A stretch of DNA of 46,277 nt from Thermodesulfobacteriota bacterium (GCA_046753945.1 JBHHUW010000003.1:1-46277); one strand, 5' to 3'. Shown: positions 27,675 through 36,616, counted from the stretch's first letter. The notes: generated from the letters alone by a model not told the origin. Translations and numbers: made by a program.

Positions 27675-29897
27675 CTATATCCTGAACTGCTCTTTAACCT
27701 GGCATGGTATAGGATCCCTTACCTTATTTAAAACGAATCCGGCCATCGTGGCCCCTGCGTTCTCGAACTTTCTCAAAGGTCTTTTAAGGTCATCGATACT
27801 ATCTCTCTCGAATTCAACTGTAACAACAACCCGGTCCACTGCGGCAGAGAGTGATATTGTGTCCTGCGACGACGCTACAGGCGCGTCTATTATCACCAGG
27901 TCGAATTCAGTCCTGATATCATTCAAAAACTGCCGCATCCTATCATTCAACAGAATGTACTCATCTGTGTTGCTCTTCTTACCGGAGATAAGAAGATGCA
28001 GGTTCTGATTGTATTCCATGACGACATCCTCGGCCTTCATCCCGCCAAGTAACTCGGCCAGCCCATAGCCATCGTGAACCCCCACCCTTTCGGCAAGCGT
28101 CGGTTTGTTAAAGTCTGCTTCTATCAGCATCACCTTCTTGTTAAACCTGGCTGCCTTCTCTGCCACCTTTTGCGCAACTGTGCTCGTGCCGCAGTTAGGT
28201 TTAACCCCGGTCACCAGAAAGACCTTTGATTTCTCTGCTTCAGAATAGGCCAGGAGGCCCCTTGCAACCCTGTTCACCGAATCATCGAATCGTTCCATAG
28301 TCGCGGCCGTCTTAAGAAATCTCACTATGCAACGCTCGTCATCCGTTGCGTAAGGGATATGGCCAAAGACGTTGCTGCCGGTTTTGTTCTCTAACTCATC
28401 GGCGGTCCTGAATGATTCATTCCAATACTCCAGGAAAAACGCGAGCCCCAGAGCCCAGGCACTTGAAAGTATCATACCTACAATGATGTTTAGAATCCAA
28501 AGAGGCCAGCTCTGGTCGGCATCATCAAATAAAAATGCCGAATCAATTATCTGGACCCCCTTCTCATTTATGACCGTATTCTTAAGCACCCTTAGCTCTT
28601 CAATCTTTTTTTTGAGATTCCCGTATATGCCCTCGTGTACCTCCAAGTCCCTGGTTAAATTACCCAGTTCGACCTCTCGCATCGGATAATCTGCAAGCAT
28701 CCTGTTCAGACCGGAGACAACATGATTTATTCCCTCTTCCTTGGCATTCAAGGCGAAGTCATCTATCTCAAGACTGACGAGCCTGCTCGCAAGGTCCATA
28801 TATATGGGATTTCTCTCCTCCTTCTTGTTTTGAAGCGTCAACTCTGCCTCTTGCTTCAGACGCTTCGTCGCGGCTGCTATCTGGTTCTTTAACGTTACAA
28901 CTTCCGGGTGCTCCTCAGTCTTTTCCGCCAAAAGGGCCGCGAGTTTTAGCTCTTGGTCTTTGATATCGGTCTTAAGTTCATTGGCCAGAGGATTCATGAC
29001 AATCAAGCTGGAGGCGGTCTCCACCTCCTTCTGATTGTCTATCTGTCTTTTAACCTCTTTAATTCTCTCCTCCGTCTCCTTTCTCGTTATCCTTGTGGCG
29101 GAGAGATTGGACTGCAGGTCCGCCACCCTCTCTATGTCAAACTTGATTTGCTCATCAATACTTACCAACAAATTCTCTTCCCTGAACTTCCTCAGGTTTG
29201 CTTCTGCCCTGTCGAGATTCTCCTTAGCCTTTGCAGCCTGGCTATTGATAAAGTCATATGCCTTTGTAGCTTCCTGCTTCGTAAGGTTAAGTGTCTTGAT
29301 CTGCAGCTTCTCAGCCAAACGGTTTGCAATGTCCATAGAAAGCTGAGGCGTCTCGCCCCATATGGAAATGTTTATTATCGAGGTATCCTCCTCAACCGCT
29401 ACATCCAGTGCATCATTCTGAAAATCATCTATCGCCTCAGCAAGAAAATTCTTCTCTCCAGGAGAGAGTATTCCAAGCCAGACGATAAAGTCCATAGGGT
29501 AACCGATCGTCACGTTAGCCATCACCCCTTTGATCCTGTCCCTAAGTGACTTGGGGTGCTTTCTTTTCTCCTTCAGACGTTTATCGAGCTGAAACTCCTT
29601 GACTATCTCCTCAGACATCGACCTGCTTGTCAGGATATCCACAAGATTCTGTGCAGGATGCACCGTATGGATCTCGCCGGAAGGTTTTGCCATCTCATCA
29701 AAAAGGACTATCTGCTGTCTTGGATTTGGCTCCATCAAGACAAGCGCCGTGGCTTTCCATACGGGTGAAACCAAAAATGTCCCAAACAAAAAGGCAAAAT
29801 AAGTAATGACAAATATAGCAATTATCAAAAACTTTCTTTTGAAAATCGTATATAATATATTAAAAATAACTTCTCTTTTTGATAATTGGTCTTCCAA
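27675..29897 (-). CDS. Wzc/GumC-like polysaccharide co-polymerase with degenerate BY-kinase domain
   Basis: N-terminal TM plus P.W.A.A motif, long coiled coil with HPEV, second TM, C-terminal P-loop domain (GVKPNCGTST, LIEADF, IIDAP). Confidence 0.9.
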   Translation of the reverse strand: MEDQLSKREVIFNILYTIFKRKFLIIAIFVITYFAFLFGTFLVSPVWKATALVLMEPNPRQQIVLFDEMAKPSGEIHTVHPAQNLVDILTSRSMSEEIVKEFQLDKRLKEKRKHPKSLRDRIKGVMANVTIGYPMDFIVWLGILSPGEKNFLAEAIDDFQNDALDVAVEEDTSIINISIWGETPQLSMDIANRLAEKLQIKTLNLTKQEATKAYDFINSQAAKAKENLDRAEANLRKFREENLLVSIDEQIKFDIERVADLQSNLSATRITRKETEERIKEVKRQIDNQKEVETASSLIVMNPLANELKTDIKDQELKLAALLAEKTEEHPEVVTLKNQIAAATKRLKQEAELTLQNKKEERNPIYMDLASRLVSLEIDDFALNAKEEGINHVVSGLNRMLADYPMREVELGNLTRDLEVHEGIYGNLKKKIEELRVLKNTVINEKGVQIIDSAFLFDDADQSWPLWILNIIVGMILSSAWALGLAFFLEYWNESFRTADELENKTGSNVFGHIPYATDDERCIVRFLKTAATMERFDDSVNRVARGLLAYSEAEKSKVFLVTGVKPNCGTSTVAQKVAEKAARFNKKVMLIEADFNKPTLAERVGVHDGYGLAELLGGMKAEDVVMEYNQNLHLLISGKKSNTDEYILLNDRMRQFLNDIRTEFDLVIIDAPVASSQDTISLSAAVDRVVVTVEFERDSIDDLKRPLRKFENAGATMAGFVLNKVRDPIPCQVKEQFRI

Positions 29898-29979
29898 AAA
29901 CGTTCCTATAGATTGAATGTTACTAAAAATTGCGCCTGGTTAGGCGGCACAAATTCTCAAGAACCTACGCCTTTTAAGC

Positions 29980-30744
29980 TCAACGGGAGGGCACTGTAAC
30001 ACTTGTGCTACTCCCGGATTCGATCCTCTGCCCGATAAAATAACCGGACTCCATGGAGACAATGGGCGATATGATTGTGGAAAGGTGCCCGAAAAACCTA
30101 TCGACATTGGCAATGAATGTCCTTGGGACATAAACTATATCGCCGCGCTGAAGTAAAAAGTTGTCCTTGAGGTCTCCATCCGACAAGGCGCTTTCAAGAT
30201 CCAACTTCTTGAGCGTGGGGTCTTTCATCCCGCCCCGGATAAGCAACACACTGCGCTGTTTGGCGTCAAGCGTAAACCCCCCTGCATTTGAGATGACGTC
30301 AAGTACGGTCATTACACCGTCAGCCTGGAAAAAACCGGGTCTTCTAACCTCGCCAAGAATGGTCACCTTCTGGCTCTGCGTGGAGAGAAACCCTATGGTT
30401 ACCTGCGGATCTCTTATATATCGGGCGAGGCGGCCGGTAATATTATCTCTCAGTTCATAGATGCTTACACCGGCAGCCTGTATGTCACCTATCAAAGGAA
30501 AGCTTATCCGTCCTCCGGGACTTACCACCACCGTTCTCTTAAGATCGTCGTTACGATAGACCATTATCTCCAGTTTGTCACCGGGGCCTATGATAAACTC
30601 AGAAACCCTCGCAGCTCCTTCAAAGGCGCGGGAATCTACATTCTCTCCGGCATCGATAACACCATGCTCGTGGTTTCCGATAGCGCATCCCTGTACAACA
30701 AGAAGCATTACCAGGATCAAGGCTGGCAAATATTTTGTTTTCAT
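29980..30744 (-). CDS. Wza-like polysaccharide export lipoprotein
   Basis: Lipobox VQGC; IGPGDKL, GRISFPLIG, GEVRRPG and LQRGDIVYVP (Poly_export + SLBB); ATG 30744 with GGAG RBS. Confidence 0.92.
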   Translation of the reverse strand: MKTKYLPALILVMLLVVQGCAIGNHEHGVIDAGENVDSRAFEGAARVSEFIIGPGDKLEIMVYRNDDLKRTVVVSPGGRISFPLIGDIQAAGVSIYELRDNITGRLARYIRDPQVTIGFLSTQSQKVTILGEVRRPGFFQADGVMTVLDVISNAGGFTLDAKQRSVLLIRGGMKDPTLKKLDLESALSDGDLKDNFLLQRGDIVYVPRTFIANVDRFFGHLSTIISPIVSMESGYFIGQRIESGSSTSVTVPSR

Positions 30745-31027
30745 GGCTCCGTCTGAGAGGGTCTTTTTCATAAAGTCCAATAGTTTTTCAGGTTCGCAGA
30801 TAAAAAGTTCGTCTTTTTATGAGCCAGTTCTGCTGAACTCGCATACAGCCTTGTAAGCCTGGAGAGTGCCCCCGAGGATGCCCGGTGACAAGTAAGACAC
30901 AGACCATATTCTTTCAAGAATACACAAGATGATTTTTGGCAAACGCTTTGTCCAACCGATGCTAATAATCCCGGCGACGAGCTACTGGAATTTTCCAGAT
31001 TATTGGCCAATCACGGCATTAATAATA

Positions 31028-31320
31028 TCACAAAACGCAAAACTCATCAATAAGCGCCCGTCTTTTAAGCACCCACGGGATAGTCATAAGGAAGGTCTTG
31101 AAATCGAGCCAGAGGGGGTGGTTTCTGGCGCAGATTACGTCGCAGCAGACCCAATCGTGAAACGAGGATGCGCCCATGCCCTGTATCTGCCGCATGCCGG
31201 TAAGACCGGGCCCTACCTTCAGCATAGTATTGAGCCAGCCGGGGCTGAACTTCATCCCGTCCATCACCAGCGGCCTTGAATCGCGCTCTTCAAGACGTTA
31301 AATGAGCTACGGGGTCAGGC
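31028..31320 (-). pseudogene. Decayed 3' fragment of a priming sugar-phosphate transferase (Bac_transf)
   Basis: RPLVMDGMKFSPGWLNTMLKVGPGLTGMRQIQG..SSFHDW..CDV aligns with RPLVMGEMKFSQSWRDIRLKVKPGVTGLWQVEG..PYFHDW..YDV of the 34862-36616 protein; the upstream part has stops and deletions. Confidence 0.8.
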
Positions 31321-31475
31321 GATTGCTCTGCCCGCCGGCCAGTACGGTAGCCTTGTTCACCTTCGCCCTTGAGATTACGAACATCATTCGCTAAACCGCC
31401 GCTCTACTTCACTGACAGATCCCGCCTCATAGGAGACCAGGCCGTAATCAACCTACAATAAGTAACATCCACAAA

Positions 31476-31740
31476 GGGTTCTGTCAATATTTTTATATTA
31501 AGATCAAAGGGTTCACTTCACGGGTTTATATAGTCCCTTTTATGCCGCCAGCAGTTCCTTTTCCGCCCTAACCCTGTTGAGTACCTCACTAACCTCTTTC
31601 ATCATCCCCACGCCGAGCCACCTCTTCCGGCAATTCTCAAGGCCTGTAAGAAGGCATTCGACGGCAGACGAATACTTGCGCCACATCTTCCCGAAGAGCC
31701 TCCTGCCTCGTAGTTTTAGGACCTCACAAAGCCTTGAGGG
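31476..31740 (-). mobile_element. Probable IS256-family 3' remnant with right terminal repeat
   Basis: Minus frame RKYSSAVECLLTGLE...RKRWLGVGM...EKELLAA* resembles deleted IS256 transposase segments; followed by AAAAATATTGACAGAACCC, an IS256-like end. Confidence 0.45.
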
Positions 31741-31857
31741 TTATATCCCTTGCTTAATTTACAAAACATACTTTACAATACCAATCTTCATCCCCCAAAG
31801 TAAGCCGCCATCAGATTTACTTGACTATTTAGAATAATTTAAATTGTAATGGAAATA

Positions 31858-31878
31858 AATCCCCCGAAAGGAGGGATT
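31858..31878. promoter_or_regulatory. Imperfect palindrome AATCCCCCGAAAGGAGGGATT (candidate regulator site or GAAA-loop hairpin)
   Basis: AATCCC/GGGATT arms plus CC/GG inner pair; partial copies at 31790-31800 and near 31924-31934. Confidence 0.3.
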
Positions 31879-31934
31879 AATCGAAGAACGTAAGCTGTAA
31901 ACTCCACAATAAACAGGGGAAGTGTCCCTCCTTT

Positions 31935-32250
31935 TTCCCTAGTGTGCAGTGGCTAAAACCTTCTCCTGCTTCTATGCGAAGTCCGCTCTCCAAAACATAT
32001 CCAGGTGGAGAAGACTCTTATGCCAGACTCTTAACGCAAAGCTAACAAAGCGGAGAGCGCCTGGCTTAATCCGCTGGTATGCCATGCCGCCACATGCTTC
32101 TGCCGGTAAGATGCCTTCTCCTCTCTTGTAAACCTTGCTGTATTGATGCCCATCTACTGCCTCCCTGTCTGTAGTGTAGTAGTAAGGGACAAGCACGACA
32201 TATCCCTACATACAGTGAAAGATGGTGGTATGTGGAATTTAGATGCCTAC
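31935..32250 (-). mobile_element. IS66-family left end with decayed tnpA
   Basis: Minus strand GTAGGCATCTAAAT terminus at 32250, GGGAGG RBS, ORF 32153-32031 with KHVAAWHTSGLSQA, and downstream GLRIEAGEGFSHCTL; both resemble IS66 TnpA. Confidence 0.7.
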
Positions 32251-32441
32251 AGATAGTAAACGCATGACGCCTTCACGCAACACCCCGGTCAAGACATCCT
32301 TAACTTCTTCTGACTTGTCAAACTCTACTACGGTATTATTACTCACAGCGCATCTCCTTTTTTAAAGGGGTATGAGTGGCTCCTGGAGGAACTATTCATG
32401 ATACGCCGCTTAATCTGCCATCCAGAACTTTTAAGTATCTC
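32251..32441 (-). mobile_element. IS256-family 5' remnant interrupted by the IS66 end
   Basis: AAGGAG RBS, GTG at 32346, MSNNTVVEFDKSEEVKDVLTGVLREGVMRLLS resembling IS256 N-termini (D.LTE.LRxGAxxLL); similarity stops at the IS66 terminus. Outer boundary approximate. Confidence 0.65.
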
Positions 32442-32864
32442 TTGGTGTCGTATCTGTACTATGTTTATTTAATGCAACACCCGTGCCGGGTATACTAAAA
32501 AACAAAAAAACTTATTTGATAGATCTTCGGCAAAAGATGTGACTTTACTCATATCTTCTTTATCTTTATAAATATTATTATATGTTTAAAATAACCTTGC
32601 CCTTTAACGGCAAAACTTGTAAGGGGTGCGGTCTGCGCAGGAGTTGATTGCCGTGCATCGCGGCAAGACTTACAGAGAGGACCGCCGGAGCTCTTTAAGA
32701 GAACCACTAAAGACCAATCAAGAATCGTTACAGACCGCAATAATCAAGAAGCCCTCAGTGTTCCCATCAAAAAGAGTGCATTTTTTTTTAAAATGTTCTC
32801 TCAGTTTCCCCAAAAAAACACATCATCCATAAGCCGGACCATCATAAGAAAGGATAACCTCATC

Positions 32865-34205
32865 ATGAAAATTTTGACTGCGATTACAGTGCTTTTGCTA
32901 TTATTTGTTTCTTCTTCTATCTCTTTCGCGGCCAACTACCCTTTTGGACTCCACAACGTTGCCCGTGACTTAAATTCGGTCAAGGGACTGGGTGTACACC
33001 AAGTCAGAATCGCCGCCATAACCTGGGACTCAATTGAGCCGCAAAAGGGGACATATAACTTCACTACCACCGACCAGGCCATTTTGAAGCATCAGGAAGG
33101 AAATGTGCGTTCAATCGTGGCCACGATGCGTGACATAAACATGTGGGGGGGTAATCTGGTGGCCCAGACCGGGTATGATCCCAAGGACCCCTTAACCGCG
33201 AATAGCGGTTTCCCCAGTGATATAGAGGCATGGAAGGCCTTCATAAATGCAGTTGTTGAGAGATACGACGGTGACGGCGTTAACGACATGCCCGGCCTCG
33301 TCTTCCCAGTTAAATACTGGCAGATAGAGGGCGAGTGGCAGTGGCAGTGGAAAGACACCACCGAGAATTATCTCAACTTCCTTGATATCAGCTACCAGGA
33401 GATTAAAAAAGCCGACCCTACGGCCACTGTTATAGCCGGGGCCGTTACAGGAGCCACAGCCTTTGCCGTTGGAGAGGGCTTTGACCCGGGTGGCTACTTT
33501 GAGAGAGATGACGGCACCGGAGGAAGTATCCTGGTGAGCCAGAGTCAGTTAGTTAATAGCCCGATTTACCAGAAGAACCTCCGAAAGGCTAACAATCTTC
33601 TCAAATACGGCCAGAACTCATTTGATATCCTGGACATTCATCTTTACTCAAGTACGGCCTCCACTATTACACCGGCCATGAACTGGCTTAAAAGCACAAT
33701 GGCAACTTACGGGTACGTGAAGCCTGTATGGAGCCTTGAAAACGCAGGGCCTCTGTACAATTATCGTGAGGACATTCATGCGAGAGAAGTGGTTAAGAGA
33801 TATCTCTTCTCCGCCACCTCCGGTATTGAAAAGACCTTCTGGAGTTCGCTTCACGTGACAGAGGGCTGGCCTGACAAATTTCTGTTTCTCAGTCTCATTG
33901 ATGAGTTTAACAGGAAAAAACAGGCCTTCTATACCTACAAACTCCTCGTCTCGAAGATTGACGGCTATGACACGATAGAGATTCTGAATATCGGAGCAGG
34001 CGTAAACTGTTTTAAGGTGATGCGGCAGAACGCCGCAACCTACATAATGTGGTCTGACCAGGGAGCAACGGGGACCCTTACGCTTCCTAACTCTATTTTA
34101 AGGGTTACAAACTCTGCAACCTTTAGAAGTAAGACCTTCAGGTACGGCGGCGGCGACCTGAGCTTAAAGCTCTGGGACGACCCGTTAATCCTTGAGGTCC
34201 AATAA
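32865..34205 (+). CDS. Secreted glycoside hydrolase-like protein (clan GH-A), paralog of 16158-17495
   Basis: Start reassigned to ATG 32865 (signal peptide MKILTAITVLLLL...SFA); shares SGFPSDIEAWK, VERYDGDG..DMPGL..PVKYWQ.EGEW.WQWKDT.ENY and WSLEN.GP with the paralog. Confidence 0.8.
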   Translation: MKILTAITVLLLLFVSSSISFAANYPFGLHNVARDLNSVKGLGVHQVRIAAITWDSIEPQKGTYNFTTTDQAILKHQEGNVRSIVATMRDINMWGGNLVAQTGYDPKDPLTANSGFPSDIEAWKAFINAVVERYDGDGVNDMPGLVFPVKYWQIEGEWQWQWKDTTENYLNFLDISYQEIKKADPTATVIAGAVTGATAFAVGEGFDPGGYFERDDGTGGSILVSQSQLVNSPIYQKNLRKANNLLKYGQNSFDILDIHLYSSTASTITPAMNWLKSTMATYGYVKPVWSLENAGPLYNYREDIHAREVVKRYLFSATSGIEKTFWSSLHVTEGWPDKFLFLSLIDEFNRKKQAFYTYKLLVSKIDGYDTIEILNIGAGVNCFKVMRQNAATYIMWSDQGATGTLTLPNSILRVTNSATFRSKTFRYGGGDLSLKLWDDPLILEVQ

Positions 34206-34599
34206 TGCCCCAAGCTCTCTTAAGACGGCACTCTTTAAAGTTCCTTCAGTCCATCACTCCGTGGACATGTATTAGTCTTCTCACTCCTTAATAAATTAAG
34301 CCTCACATCCTCTCCACCCCCTATGCTAAGCTATGACCTCATCCAGGGTGTTTTGAAAAGATGGCCAACGCCTTATGGGGCTTATGTGGCTTAGCGCTGA
34401 ATATCCGAAGCTGTGGACGAGCAAACCCTTGCAGTATCATAAGAAGTATCTCTATCTGCTGTGGGATATCGTCATAGAGGCCTGGTCAGGAGTTCTGTAT
34501 AAGGGTGGCTGTAAAGGCTCTTGGGCTATCAACCGAGGAAAGGAAGACTTAAGGCAACTTCAGCAACTAAACCAGGGCAGGCTCCTCTACACCAAGTAC

Positions 34600-34845
34600 A
34601 ACCCTCTTTTCTGTCTTGACAATGGGGAGGGGGGGCTTAGGGCCAGGGCAAACGCTGCTATCTACAGCCTTATGGAGAGGGCCATGGCAAAAAGCCTGGA
34701 GCCTTGCCAATATCTAAGATATCTATTTGAAAACTTACCGCGGGCAAAGACAACGGCTGATCTTAAGGCGCTACTGTAATGAACATTGACCGGGGTACTT
34801 TTAACATCCTTGACCCTTAAGAGATGGGGTTATTTAGACGCTTAC
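34600..34845 (+). mobile_element. IS66-family 3' remnant (tnpC C-terminus and right terminal repeat)
   Basis: ARANAAIYSLMERAMAKSLEPCQYLRYLFENLP...LKALL matches the IS66 TnpC C-terminus; ends GATGGGGTTATTTAGACGCTTAC (reverse complement begins GTAAGCGTC). Confidence 0.8.
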
Positions 34846-34861
34846 ATTTAAAATCATCAAA

Positions 34862-36616
34862 TCACCTGGCGCCTATTTTTTTCAGCACAACCTTGATGGT
34901 CTTCAAAATTATCTTCAGGTCGCCGGTGAGGGACTGCTCCTTCACATAAGCTACGTCGTAGCGTATCCAGTCATGAAAATACGGGGTGTTTCTTCCCTCC
35001 ACCTGCCAGAGTCCCGTCACCCCGGGCTTTACCTTGAGCCTTATATCCCGCCAGCTCTGGCTGAACTTCATCTCGCCCATTACAAGGGGCCTTGGACCCA
35101 CCAGGCTCATATCACCCCTTATGACGTTCATGAGCTGGGGCAGTTCATCAAGGCTTGTCTTTCTCAAAAAACCGCCTATGCGCGTAATCCTGGGGTCCTC
35201 ATCCAGTTTAAAGACCGGGCCGTCCACGTTCTTGCTCTCCATGTATTTTTTCTGCAGTTTATGGGCGTCCTTTATCATGGTCCTGAACTTGAACATGCAG
35301 AACTCCCGCCCGCCCTTACCGCATCTTTTCTGCCGGTAGAGGATCGCACCAGGCGAATCCAGCTTGATGATAATGGCAATAGCCAACATGAGAGGCGATA
35401 AGAGCAGAAGGGCCGTAGTGGAGAGAAGCAGGTCCATCACCCTCTTGGTCATGAGGTAGGCCCTTGACCTCACGGCCTCCATCCTGGCCATGGTAACGCC
35501 GCTTACGCTCTCCGTCCTGTCCCTTGAGGTAACTATGTTAGCATCCCCGTGCGTGATGTCGCCCACAAGGGTCTTGTTGTTATATGACTGGCCTGCCTTT
35601 ATATCTGTATTAGAGGCGGCCACACAGTAAAAGAGGCTTGCCCCGCCGCGCACCTCAGTACTCTTCCAGAGGATACTCTCGCGCACGATGGCTCCCTCGT
35701 CAATGAAGCAATCGCTTCCCAGTATTACAGGCCCTATTACCTGTGCATGGTCCCTCACCACACAATTATCACCTATCACTGCAGGGCCAAGGAGGTATGA
35801 CCGAGGAGATATGGCCACGTCTCTACCAACCCATACATTGGCGCCCACCTCCTTGAACCCACTGGGCACGTGTCCCTCGAGAATACGCGACCTGTGGAAG
35901 TTATAATAATCGTCAACGCTCTCTATAGTCCTTATTAAACCATCGAGCCTATGCATATAAACAGGCAGTGCGGCCTTCTTCATGGCCGGGACGAGTTGTT
36001 CCTTAATATCAAAATACCCCTCACCCTCTACGAGAGAGAGCGCCCTGGTATTTACAACATAGATACCCTCTGACTTTACGGCAGCCCTTCTGTCCCTTGA
36101 TGCGTGTATGATGGTGATATCCTCCACGAGACCGTCTTTTCCGGCGGTAAGGGTCTCAAGAGAGCCGCTGTTAAGGCGCGAGACGCCGATGGTAAGGGCC
36201 GAGCCTCTGCTGAGATGAAACCTTACAAGTTCCTCTACGGCGCTGTACTCGACAAAGGTATTGCCCTGCAGGACAAGAAAATCCTCATCCCCTAAAAAAA
36301 ACTGCAGTTCCCGCAAGACACCGGCCGTGCCGCAGGGCACGTCGGGCTCAAAGTATTCTATCTTTAAGGGCGGGCCTTTATCACCAAAGGTCTCTGCCGG
36401 TATCTCCACGCCGCCGCCTTTCCTGCCCACTATAATTACGCTGGTGATGCCGTTATGGGCAAGGCATTGCATGGTGTGCTCTATAATGGGCCTGTTAAAG
36501 ACAGGCAGGTTCAGGATGGACATGTGTTTTACCAGCGGTGTAAGGAGCACGTTCTCCTCACCGGCAAGTATGACAGCCCTCTTTAGATTTCCCCTGGTCT
36601 CAGCGCTATTAAGCAT
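34862..36616 (-). CDS. Fusion: NDP-sugar pyrophosphorylase-like domain + left-handed beta-helix + priming phosphoglycosyl transferase (Bac_transf)
   Basis: AVILAG, GTAG, FLVLQG N-domain; hexapeptide repeats; KRVMD..TM..KFRTM, DPRIT..G.FLRKTSLDELPQL.NV..GDMSLVGPRP, KPGVTGLWQV. Confidence 0.92.
   Translation of the reverse strand: MLNSAETRGNLKRAVILAGEENVLLTPLVKHMSILNLPVFNRPIIEHTMQCLAHNGITSVIIVGRKGGGVEIPAETFGDKGPPLKIEYFEPDVPCGTAGVLRELQFFLGDEDFLVLQGNTFVEYSAVEELVRFHLSRGSALTIGVSRLNSGSLETLTAGKDGLVEDITIIHASRDRRAAVKSEGIYVVNTRALSLVEGEGYFDIKEQLVPAMKKAALPVYMHRLDGLIRTIESVDDYYNFHRSRILEGHVPSGFKEVGANVWVGRDVAISPRSYLLGPAVIGDNCVVRDHAQVIGPVILGSDCFIDEGAIVRESILWKSTEVRGGASLFYCVAASNTDIKAGQSYNNKTLVGDITHGDANIVTSRDRTESVSGVTMARMEAVRSRAYLMTKRVMDLLLSTTALLLLSPLMLAIAIIIKLDSPGAILYRQKRCGKGGREFCMFKFRTMIKDAHKLQKKYMESKNVDGPVFKLDEDPRITRIGGFLRKTSLDELPQLMNVIRGDMSLVGPRPLVMGEMKFSQSWRDIRLKVKPGVTGLWQVEGRNTPYFHDWIRYDVAYVKEQSLTGDLKIILKTIKVVLKKIGAR

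Noticed and set aside
1083-30856. Numerous plus-strand ORFs of 60-230 aa
   Set aside because: They lie antisense to well-supported minus-strand genes and show no recognisable motifs.
31339-31408. ops/JUMPstart-like sequences upstream of wza
   Set aside because: GGCGGTTTAGCG is not a true GGCGGTAG match, and the other partial match is on the wrong strand.
31972-32196. 74-aa minus-strand ORF
   Set aside because: It is an alternative frame over the IS66 tnpA remnant.
32600-32700. Possible c-di-GMP riboswitch upstream of the second GH gene (GGCAAA, ACGGCAA/TTGCCGT stem)
   Set aside because: It lacks the GAAA-loop P2 and the GACGCAAAGC core; only a generic stem is seen.
4587-34205. PEP-CTERM/exosortase system accompanying the EPS locus
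   Set aside because: None of the secreted proteins has a PEP-TM-basic tail, and no exosortase is present in the window.
34375-34779. 134-aa ORF as a functional gene
   Set aside because: Only the last ~50 aa resemble IS66 TnpC; the rest looks like chance read-through of decayed DNA.
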